Below the pieces are notes generated by a model. It worked only from the letters and a program-made list of their open reading frames with translations. It was not told where the DNA came from and did no database searches. Shown here in pieces: positions 25,420-41,149 of a DNA stretch of 64,000 nt. Origin of the DNA: Eimeria praecox (Eukaryota); the NCBI GenBank assembly GCA_963920595.1, contig OY986948.1:3410001-3474000 (forward strand), read 5' to 3'. A program made the translations under genes and the position numbers. Every line of letters starts with the position of its first letter. Position 1 is the stretch's first letter.

Positions 25420-28400
25420 CCTACCAGATTATTCTTTATTTGCATTTATACACGCGTCTATGCACCTGTCCATTTCTTTATATTCTATGCGGATGCGTTT
25501 AAATTCAGACACATGCCTATTCATATGCGCTTATCCGTGACTCTACCGTATCACCACCATGAATAAATATGCAGTTAGATACAGCCTACATACTAGATGC
25601 TTGCCCAAAGGAAGGGACATAGTTGCACCAGGTTATGGCGTAGTAGCTCACAGCGATAGTGCATCACTGCCTCAAAAGCGAGGAAGCTGTTTTCCCGTCT
25701 TTGCCTCCCCAGTGGGAGCTGCAGGGGTCTACTGGAGCTGGTAGTGTGGACACTTTGAAGCATCGCTTCTTTAGTCTGCACTGAACATTGCAGGCATGCA
25801 GACGAATGCGCACCTTTGGGTCGTTCTTTGTTCCTGAACTAGGTTTGTGGGTGCCGTGCATGCGTGCATACAGGCGTGGATTGGGGGGCCCAATGGCACT
25901 GACAACCTCGTATGTGGTGCGCATGCATATGCATCTGCAAGCACGGAGCCCCGGGGCTTTGTGTTCACAGGCGTTGGTTCGCTGAACAGGCGTTGTGAAA
26001 GTTTGGAGCTTTGGGTGTATGCGGATGCTGTGTCGTTTGCAGAATCTGTTGCTACCAGTTCAAACAATAATGACGTCGACGTTCCTGCGGAGCATAGTGG
26101 GGAGTGTATTGATTGACGCTGTGTGCCTGGTGCGGCGACGCAAGCTGATGCACTACCACAAGTTGATGCTGCTGTTGCTGCTGCTCCTGCTGACAGCATG
26201 CACAGTGGGGGGTGTTCAGATGGGCTTCCCTTACTCCTTTCTTGTGTTCTCTTGGACTGTGGGGCTGGCCAGCGGCATTGTCATTGGTGCCTCTTACGCA
26301 GGGGCGTATATGGGGGAGTTGATGCACCGGCGTGCATTCCTGAGCGTTGCTGCGGTGTCTGCGAAGCTGCAGCTGCTCCAGCAGGAGAGCACCAGCCAAA
26401 AGGCAACGGGAAAGAACATGCTGGAGCAGCTCGTAGGGCTGGTTAAGCAGATGGGAGTCTCCCTCAGTGCCGTAGACCCGACACCTCTCGATAAGACGGC
26501 CAAAGAAACCTTCCTGTACGCCTGCGCTGTACAGGCCAAGTGCCTGGACGTCCTCACCAGCGGCAGAGACATGTATGCAGTCAACTGGTTCTCCCCGGAA
26601 GTCCCGCCAGATATACAGCAGCTGTACAGACAGTTCATCGACCCATATATCAGACAAGACTCCGGCGCCAACCACCTCCACGAACCTCAGCCAGCCCCAC
26701 CCAACTCAACTCCCCATAACCTCTCCTCTCAAACCAAAACGCTTACTCACGCTGTCTCGACACCCCTTGCTGCAGCCCCTTTAACATCAGCACCGGTATC
26801 ACCACCGCCAACAGCACTAGCAGCACCGCCAGTGACTGCAACACCAGCTCCGCCCTCAGCACAATCTTCGCAAGCACCATCCCACTCACCAGCGAAACCA
26901 GCCTCTGCATCCCCTGCAACAGCCCCACCAGCAGCAACAGCAGCAGCGTTTCGACCGCTGCCTGTGCCTCTACGGGAGGACATCCGCCTGCCGGAAATAG
27001 AGTCTGAGGCTTTCACCCCCCAGATGAGTCTGCGCGAGACAAACAAAAACTCACTCTCCAAAGCACAAACAGATGAAACTGTGTCCCCTCCCGCCCCACA
27101 ACTAGAAGAGCAAGCAGCAGAAAAGACGGTGCCTGCTGCTACGGCTACTGCAGCAGGAGCTGCAGTTGCTGCAGAGCACCCATCTGCCCAAGGCAAGTCG
27201 GACGAACAAAACATCCCCCAAAGTATTCCTGACTTGGGAGACCCCTTCCTCCCAGGGCATCAGACGGGCCATGAAACAACGGGTGCATCGGCGGTGGATC
27301 CTGCAGCAGGCGAACCAGCAACAACAGCAGCAGCAGATGCAGATGCACGTGCACAGGGGCCTCCACGATCTTCTGCAGGTGAAGCTTCTATTTGGGAGGA
27401 GGGGTTTGCGGCGTTAGAAGGGGCGGCAGAGGCGGCCCTGCAGAATCCGCTGCTCAGCGGAGCCGCCGCAGCCATCGGCTCCGAATGGACCATCGATATG
27501 TTTGCCATAGACCAGGCCACGAGCAGCAACGTACGCCACCCATGTGCCCATCCGTGTATACACAAATTTACAGCACGCACCTAAGTACATAAGTATACGG
27601 GTTTGTGAGTATATGCATATGGCCTGGGCACTCATAACACGTGTTGGTGTGCATTTACACGTGAGTATGTACGCATATAAATATGTGCATATTTAGGTGT
27701 ATGAATATGCAAGTATGCTTCAGCTGCGTAGGCATAGTTGCTTGTTCTTTATACGAATGCCCACGCATGGGCCTCTTGGTTACTGTCCCTAGAAGTGCGC
27801 ATTTATCAAGAAGTGGGGAAATACGTTGGTAGAGGACTATGCGTACGATGATTGCAATGGCTTGAACGCATGCACATGTTGTTGCTTGTGAGATGTAAGA
27901 GGCAGCTTTCAAGGTTTGTTTGCCACCCTGGTTGTGCTTGTTTGCGAATGTATTGACAGTGCATGATATTCGTTGGGCTTCAGTTGCTTCTTCCCCACGT
28001 GCATCACAAGGGATTGAATTGTTCATCAATGGCTCTCTGCGGCTTCCTCAAGGCCCTGCAGGCACAATATCTCCCCAACCTGTACCACAACCGTATGCAT
28101 GCAGCCCTTGTAGCGCATTTATCCGTCTTGTTGGCGCGGAGTTCGAGCCTTTCTCCAGCGCTTCCGCGCCGCCTTGGCACTCCCGCTGAAGCGTTGCTGG
28201 CGTCTGCCCCATCCTTACAGACCGTAGCCGCAGGCGGCCCTTCTTGCCCGGGGGCCCCAGCAGGCCCCCCATCAGTATCGGGGCACAGCAGCATGACATG
28301 CAAGAAAGACCAGTCGCAAGAAGGGATGCTGTTGCTCCCTAGCTGCAGCCTAGGAACACAGGCCGAGACGCAGGGCTCCGGCAGCCACCGGAAAGCCTGC

Positions 28401-30151
28401 GTAGATGATGAAGTAGTCATTTGCATAGCAGCGCTGGGCCATGATGTCGGACACCCCGGGTTGAACAACGCATTTCTTGTGTCTACTAATCAATCCCTCG
28501 CCCTCGTCTACAACGACAACGCCGTCTTAGAGAACTTCCACGCATACAAAACCTTCAAAACCCTCTCCGACACCGCCGATATCGATGGAGGCGTTCTGAA
28601 GGTAAAGCCCCGGCATCCACTGTCAACAGCAACAGCAGCGGCAACACTTACACCAACCGAAACGGCTGCGATTTCAGCAGCTGCTGCAGCAGCCTCCTTC
28701 CCCTCTTGCTGCTGACAACAAGCAGCTGCTGCTATTGCCATCGTGCAGCAGAACGAAATCCTGAAGCCAGGAACTACCTACAGACCAGTTGGAACAGAAT
28801 GCGGCGATGGGATGGCTGGAATAAATGGCTTGCGGTCCATGCGCAGGCGAGGAAACTCGTATGTATGTTGCATTTCAGGGCGTGTCCGTGGCGAGCTATC
28901 GGCAGTTGCGTCGGCAGATTATTGAGTTGATCCTTTCGACAGATATGGCGCAGCACTTCCCAATTTTGTCTTCTTTCCGGGCCCGCAACGCCTCGCAGAC
29001 CTTCTCCGTTACCTCTAACGAAGAAGACAAGTGGATGCTCGCCAAGCTTTTCATAAAAACCGGAGATATTGGCCACTCTATGCTGGCCTGGGAGCAGCAC
29101 TATGTGTGGGCATGCCGCGTCAACGAGGAGTTCTATGCACAGGTAAATCTGCGCGCTAACAAAAAAAGACGCGCCTCTGTTACGCACACACCTTGAAGCT
29201 GGGGCCACTCGGGCACCCTTTACACACTCTTCCGTTGCCTCACATCAATTTCTGGCCGCTGCATCGCAGCGGTGCCTGAAGGGAAAGCTTTGTTCTAAAC
29301 CTAGGGGATACTAAAGCGTGTCATCTGCCAAAGGGACGAAAAAAACACGAAATGATGCCCCGCTTCAACAGATGGCAAACGCTGGGGGAGAATAAACCAA
29401 TTAAAGTTGAAAAATGCCATTAAAAGAGATAAATTGGGACACCAATACAAAAGCTAAAGATGAAGTGGAATCCGCACTCAGCAGAGCACTACTACACAAA
29501 TAAATAGAAAGCGCACGATCAGCGAAGCAACTCCATGAATGAAGCAAGATGAATAGATGCACGAGTGTGTCTAGAAATGCATACATGACAATCACGTAAT
29601 AAACGCCAATCGAATTAACGGATGAAGGGCCGGAGGCATGCATGCGTTGCTTGCAGGGGGACGTGGAGGACAAGTTGGGTTTGGGGATTTCCCCGCTGTG
29701 TGACCGCCGCAAGGCAGCCGAAATGCCGGCAGCCCAGTGCGGATTTTTAGAATACATCGTGCTGCCTCTGGTAGCGGAAATAAGATCATGCTTTGAGCAA
29801 CAACTAACCCAACAACAACAACAGCAACAGCAACAGCAACAACAGCAGCAATACCAACAACAACACCACCACCAACAACACCAACAACAACAGGCTCTGT
29901 TTACTGCGTGCTCGCTTGTGGACCCTGCCTGCACAGGGCTGTATTTGATGGAAGGCATAATCGGACACGCCAACTATAATCTCAGGTGCTGGAAGAGTCT
30001 GGCGAACACCCCAACCCCCCCGCCGCCAGCCACTCCTTCGGCTCCTTCTTCAGAGCCAGTTATAACTCCCACAGACAGAAACAGCCTCACTGACACGGGA
30101 AGGCATGCATCAGCCGCTGCAGGACAGATGCAGCAGCAGCCAACCAAGTAG
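21855..30151 (+). CDS. Class I 3',5'-cyclic nucleotide phosphodiesterase with N-terminal transmembrane region
   Basis: YHNRMHA, HDVGHPG.NNAFL, YNDNAVLENFH, ILSTDMAQH, IKTGDIGH, EEFYAQGD, AQCGFLEYIV; hydrophobic TM exons at 24524-25274 and from 26043; exon 1 (21855-23218) joins 24524 in phase 2. Confidence 0.93.
29807..29892 (+). repeat. CAA/CAG/CAC coding repeat (polyQ/H) within the last PDE exon
   Basis: Encodes QQQQQQQQQQQQQQYQQQHHHQQHQQQQ. Confidence 0.95.
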
Positions 30152-30887
30152 TCGCCCTACCCCTTTGAGGCACTTTACTATATACTGTCTGCAGAGAACA
30201 TTTTTGCAGGGAAGGAAGGCATCGCTCCCCGCCATGCAAGGGCCGCAAAACAGCAGCAACAGAAGCATTACCTGCTGCTGCCGTTGCTATTTTTAAGGCT
30301 TGACTGGTTTTACTACGGGAAGCCATTCCCCCGTTGATGTGGAAGACTGCGGTGTAGTTACACTTCAAAAGCATATATTCGCCATGCTTTGAAACAGGCT
30401 ACCTACTTGCGTGCAAATAACGAAGAAAGAGACTCAACCCGCATCGCAAGATTTTTCAGGCGACGCAGCTGTACGCGTGCATTTACGCACACATACATTC
30501 ACGGATGCACGCATCCCAGAGATATTTCATATTGTCCGTTTTGCCTTCACATTAAATTATATTCTCTAATGGACATTTGGCAAGCGATATACCATTGGGC
30601 GTTAAATAAGTTTAGTGGTTTGGAGCCGCTCCGCTAGCCTAGTGGCAAGTTAGCGCTAGCTTGCCACCTAGCGGGCTAGCTAGCTGGCTAGCCAGGCTCA
30701 AGAACTAAAACAAGGTCTCCGCTGGGCCCGAGAGAGGCCAAACAAAGCCATGGAGCACCGCTTTCCAGCAGCAGCAGCGAGTTCGTGTTACTAGCTACTA
30801 CTGCCTGTCTCTGCAGATCCTCCATATGTTGCTCTTGCACGGCTTGCCGGTGCCTCCTCTCCACTTGGGCAGTACCTCGGGAGGGCG

Positions 30888-31027
<140 letters not shown>

Positions 31028-31318
31028 CTAGTACATCGAGTTCTTCCAGTGCGAGCTGCATATATGTATATATTGGCATCTATATGGATCTATATACAAT
31101 ACAGACGGATAAATAGATACATGGAATATATATAATATATGCAATGAAGAGTTGTGTACGTCTGCAGATGGCGGATGGTATAAATTTCTGGTTTTTAAGG
31201 AAAACAGCAGATGAAGCGAAGAAGAGGGTGGGTGGGGAGTTTGCCTTCCGTGTATGCGCACGGTTTGCTAGTCTTGTGCATTGGTTTGCTGTTGGTTTGA
31301 AGATGATGCAGGGGCACC

Positions 31319-32915
31319 TCAGTACCATGTTTTCTCTTCTTTGTCCCAGAAAACGTGGTTGTTGGGGAATTCGGGTTGGGGGTACGGGGGGAGGCGTGCA
31401 ACTTGGCATAGAGGGTTTTCTTTGCGGTTGAACTCGGAGCGGTAAACACTTTCGCCTTCAAAGGGCAGCGACTGAGGTAGCTGCACCTTCTGCGGGGCTA
31501 CTGGCTGCGGCAGCGGCTTGGGGCCAAACTCCTCTCTGTAAGCGCTTGTTCCTTTGAAAGGAAGCGATACTGGCATGGGCGCAGCAACCACCGGCGCCCT
31601 CTCCGGCAGCGGCTTCGGGCAGTAGTCTGATCTGAGGTGGAACGGACAGAAAACATAAGATGCAATAACGAGGTAAAGAGAGAAATCCAGCATGCGATTA
31701 CAAATACAAAGATCTATGTACAGGCGCGCAGCGAGTGAATCAGTGTATTTTTGCGTTTATGCATGTAGTCATTGTTCCATCTCTGCTAATCGCATTACAG
31801 CAGAAAAAAAGGCTGCTTTGCCGTTTGTGCACCTGTAAGAAGAGCTGGCTTCAAAAGGAAGTGAGGGTTGCAGCTGAACTTCTGCCGGCTTCGTGGGAGG
31901 GGGAAGGGGCTTCGGGCCATAGTCTGTGCGGTATGCAGTCGTGGCTTCGAAAGGAAGAGATGCGGGGACCGTTACAGTAGAGGCCTTCGGGGGAGGTGGC
32001 AATGGCTTTGGGCCGTACTCTGTCCTGTAGCTGCTTTCCCCTTGAAACGGAAGAGAAGGTGGCAGCGTCACCGGCGCTTGCTGAGGCCTTCAAAGAGCAA
32101 ACAGTGAAGAAGGAAAGGGTATCCGAGTGCATTCATAGAAATAAGCCAACAGCAACAGCGATTCAAGAGAGTACATACACTCCAAACAGAAACAGCACCG
32201 ACAAAAACACAAACAGCATCTGGGGCACACGAGAGAGTACCGTGGAGGCAACAGCAAACAGCAGCTACAACAAATGGAAAGAGTGGCAAAGACAAACAAC
32301 AGGCGGGAAGTACCAAATGAGCAACAAACAAGAAGCAGCCAATAGCAAACAAAAGACAAACAAACGACAGACGACACCAGACAAAATAATCACAACAAGC
32401 GAACAACAAACGAACGAAAAATGAGCACCCGCAAAAACATGACAAAATGACCAAGAATAGAGGCTTGGCAAAAACGTTGCAGCAGTGGTAATGGTAATGA
32501 TGATGAGAATGACGAACTGAAGCAGTTGCATCCGTGGTGTTCACGGCTATGTACCCTACACCCCCCTCCACCACTGGGACAAAACGCGCATCAGGGTTTG
32601 ATGGGTGTGGCTGTGTGCGTACGGTACGGGTAAGGGCTTCGGTCCAAACTCCTGCCTATACACCGAGTTTCCCTCGAATGGAATGGGAGGTTTTGAAGGA
32701 ACACATTTGTGCTGGCCGCATGTGCACAGCTCATCTACGCAGTAGCCGGGCTGGCGTGAGGGACTTCGGGCCCTGTGTGCCTCGTCCACCTCCGACAGAC
32801 GCAAATGACGAGCAGGCACTTCGCCTGGGGCTGCCACGCGGGAGCCAACGAGTTTGGTTGGGGCTGCAGGTGGGGAAGCACTGCCCGGTGCAGTGAGGAG
32901 TTTAGGAGCCTCCAT
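31319..32915 (-). CDS. SPM1: Subpellicular microtubule protein 1 (SAXO family), 3 exons
   Basis: N-terminal [13 protein letters not shown]; tandem ~32-aa repeats of PFEG.S.YR.E(F/Y)GPKPLP; C-terminus [13 protein letters not shown]. Confidence 0.9.
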
Positions 32916-33392
32916 CGTTGCCGCTGCTGCCCTTGTTGGCTTAAAAGAGGGGTATTATACTGGCTAAGCAGCTTCTAGAAAGAGACGTGACAACGACGAA
33001 ACGAGAGCTCAGGCTCTGTTAGTTCAACGAGGCGGGCGAAAAAGGCGCTGCAGTCCGATGCTGGCTGAGGCAGAAGGCCGCCGGGGTGAAGACTCCGCGA
33101 TACGCCACGAATGAGACTACAACACATACAAATTACATCTAATGAGTAAGTAAGGGGCTTTTATGCTTTTAAATTCCACGAATATGAGCAGAAATACTTT
33201 CGCCGCGACACCCGAACCGCCGCGACCGCTTGCTAGCCGCTGACGACCGCATCAGCCGCGGCTCGCCTGATCTGGCGGCGTTGGCAGCTATATGTAAAGA
33301 GGCATTTCCTTCTCCCTCCTCAAGTTTAAACGTTTGCTTTTAATTCTTTTATTTATTTGCGTTAAGACTCGCTCCATGACGAGCTCCAAGGA

Positions 33393-34571
33393 ATGCTGCA
33401 AAAGCTAGTAGCTTGCCAACGCCGTGCTGTGGAGCCTGCCGTCCTCGAAGCTCACAGCGCGTTGGCGCAACTCCGTCGCTCTGAATATATAAACCCAAAT
33501 CCTAACAAAAGCAACGTCAATAGACATATTCTTGCGGTACCTCTCGATCCACTGGTATTCGTGTGGTCATTGCTTTGCAGCTGCCCCTGCCATCGACGCG
33601 CACACTCGAACCATGCAGCGGGCGAAAGCCGCTGCATTTTATCTGAACTGCAGGCTTATGGGCTGCTTAAGTATAATTTAGAGCAATATAAAAATGCAAG
33701 AGTCTTCGACTGCAATTCAAGTGCTCAAGTGCCCTGTTGCTTCCCTCCCTACCCGTCTAATCCCTACGGGTCACCTCCTTTCCCCTCCCAGGCGCCGAGT
33801 TGCTGCGCACTGAGCATCGAAACACCACGGAAATTTACACCGCTACTTTCCAGTATTGCTAATCCAGCAGGAGGAACCCGTCCTGAAGTGGTAGCAATTC
33901 GCTGCAACGATTTCCGATTTCCGTTAAGCATCTTGCTAACACCTTGAACAAGTGTATCTAACTAAAGACTTCAACAAATACACTAGCAGATTGCCGTGCC
34001 GGCCAACTGCAAATGCACAATCCAATGTAATAGTTTATCAGCAGCAGCGGCTTGTGCAATTTGTGCAGTTTATCGACGGTTTGTCGCCGTCGCAGCAAAA
34101 GTTGGTCCCATATAACGGGGACCACTGGAACTATTAATAATAATTACTATCTTCAACAGTACTGGTTTTTCCCTCATTGCAGAGAACCGGCGTCAGTTCC
34201 TGTACCCGCTCTCTTTGCTAAAGCGAGCCACGGGAGGATGAATTCTGCGTGCATGCAAATGTAAACAGTTGCACATGCATCTGAATCCGCAACATATACA
34301 TATTATCCTTTGCATGCATGCAGCCATGATACATGCACGTGTATGTACGCGCGGATTGACACCCATTTGCAGCAGCTCTCTTTTTGAGGCATCTCTTCCT
34401 CCTTAAGGCCTGGGCGCACCGCCGCGGCCCGTGGCATCAAAGCGTAAGAAAAGGAGGAGAAACGAACATGTTGCTTGCAATGCGCTGGACAGCTGTCAGG
34501 GAATTCGAGTCCTCCACCAAAGGCGCTATGCTTTCAGCAACCTCTTTCTGCCGCTGTTTGGGCTTCCCTGA
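33393..34571 (+). CDS. Probable small multi-exon hypothetical gene divergent from SPM1
   Basis: Exon 33393-33536 (MLQKL..NRHILA|GT) joins AG|33654 (AYGLLKYNLEQYKNAR) in phase 0; 3' exons ..LKAWAHRRGPWHQS|GTAAGA and AG|GIRVLHQRRYAFSNLFLPLFGLP* (34500-34571) join in phase 0; middle exons unresolved. Confidence 0.4.
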
Positions 34572-35082
34572 TCCTTTTCCTGTCCTTCTGACGAATTGAA
34601 GTGGCTTGAAGGAAACCGAAAGAAAGTAACACTACTGAAGTGCAGAGAAGAGATTTAAGGGGTATGCACATGTCAGTGAAAGCATGCAGCGTCACTAGCC
34701 CAGCGGTCAGTTAGACCTGCTGCGCCGCCTGAACATCGCCTGCGGTTTAACCCAAATGCAAAGCGCAGAGACAAGAAAGAGCACGCAGGGCTACCCGTAG
34801 AGGAAAAGCAACGCACTGAAAGAAACAATAAAAACAAAGGCACCGAGCAAAAATAACCTGAAGGAACCATTATCGCTTTTCATTTGTCGAACTTGAATGT
34901 GCAAATATGAAATATGCACGCATGCGTGTTCGAGCTGTTCATTTATTTGCATATACATACTGTTCCACTCACTCACAAACACAATCATGCGCACGCATTC
35001 AAACAGGCACATGTCTAAGTGTTAAGCATGTAAGAGCATGCACCCGCCTATATGCCTGCAAATGTGAATGTGCACGATTCAC

Positions 35083-35857
35083 ATATCTATCTATCTATCT
35101 ATTTATCTATTTATCTATCGATCTATCTGTATATATATATGTATATGTATATATACCTATAGAGATATATATCTGTATATCTATAGATATATAGAAATAG
35201 ATATACATCTCTCTCTCTCTATCTATATATATATATATATATAGATAGATATAGATATAGATATATATCTATATATCTATATAGATATATAGATATATAG
35301 ATACAGATATATATATTTATATAGACAGATAGATAGATACAGATATAGATACACACATCGATATATAAATATACATTTATATATCTATACAGATGCATGT
35401 CTCTATACCAATATACCTATATATCTGTATATCCATATAGATATATAGATATATAGACATACACAAATTTCTACACACACACATATATCCTTATCTATAT
35501 CTATATCTATATATCCATCTATCTATCTATCTATCTATCTATCTATATATCTATATATCTATATATCTATATATCTATATATATATATATATATAGATAT
35601 ATGCAAAGAGAGAGAGAGAGAGGGAGAGAGACAGATATACAGCTATAGGCATAGATATATAGATATGCAGGCATAGAGAAATACACATATACAGATATAC
35701 AAAGACAAGGATATAGAGCTACAGATCCACAGATCTACAGATCTATATACCTACAGACATATATATATACAGAGAGAGAAAGAGATACATATATAGATAC
35801 AGACATAGGTACAGATATAGATATAGATATAGATATGGATATGGATACAGATATCTA

Positions 35858-35918
<61 letters not shown>

Positions 35919-35998
35919 ATGCGGGTACAGATATAGATACAGATGTAGAAATAGATACAGAAATAGATATATAGATATAGATATAGATATAGATATAG

Positions 35999-36070
<72 letters not shown>

Positions 36071-37018
36071 AGATATAGATATAGATATAGATATAGATAT
36101 AGATATAGATATAGATATAGATATAGATATAGATATAGATATAGATATAGATATAGATATAGATATAGATATAGATATAGATATAGATATAGATATAGAT
36201 ATAGATATAGATATAGATATAGATATAGATATAGATATAGATATATAGATATAGATATAGATATAGATATAGATATAGATATAGATATAGATATAGATAT
36301 AGATATAGATATAGATATAGATATAGATATATAGATATATAGATATAGATATATAGATATAGATATATAGATATAGATATATAGATATAGATATATAGAT
36401 ATAGATATATAGATATAGATATATAGATATAGATATATAGATATATAGATATATAGATATATAGATATAGATATATAGATATAGATATATAGATATAGAT
36501 ATTCAGATATATATATGTATATATATATATATATATATATAGATAGATAGATAGATAGATATATAGATATAGATATATAGATATAGATATATAGATATAG
36601 ATATAGATATATAGATATAGATATAGATATAGATATAGATATAGATATAGATATAGATATAGATATAGATATAGATATAGATATAGATATAGATATAGAT
36701 ATAGATATAGATATAGATATAGATATATAGATATATATATAGATATAGATATAGCTATAGCTATAGCTATAGCTATAGCTATAGCTATAGATATAGATAT
36801 ATAGATATAGATATAGATATAGATATAGATATAGATATAGATATAGATATAGATATAGATATAGATATAGATATAGATATAGATATAGATATAGATATAG
36901 ATATAGATATAGATATAGATATAGATATAGATATAGATATAGATATAGATATAGATATAGATATAGATATAGATATAGATATAGATATAGATATAGATAT
37001 ATAGATATAGATATATAT
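35083..37018. repeat. About 1.9-kb compound microsatellite dominated by (ATATAG)n with (AT)n, (ATAG)n and (ATAGCT)6
   Basis: Directly visible; long pure (ATATAG)n arrays at about 36050-36330, 36610-36720 and 36800-37000. Confidence 0.98.
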
Positions 37019-37099
37019 TTACATTATATGCAGGGAGAGGTAAGCATGCATGTGCATGAGTGCACGTATACGTCTGCATGACGTATAATGCCCGGTGCT

Positions 37100-41149
<4,050 letters not shown>

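Noticed and set aside
32068..32574. Hydrophobic Cys/Phe/Leu-rich ORFs
   Set aside because: T/G-rich SPM1 intron sequence.
31319..32700. Regularly spaced ~96-nt repeats as a CRISPR-like array
   Set aside because: They are degenerate coding repeats of SPM1 in a eukaryote; no cas genes.
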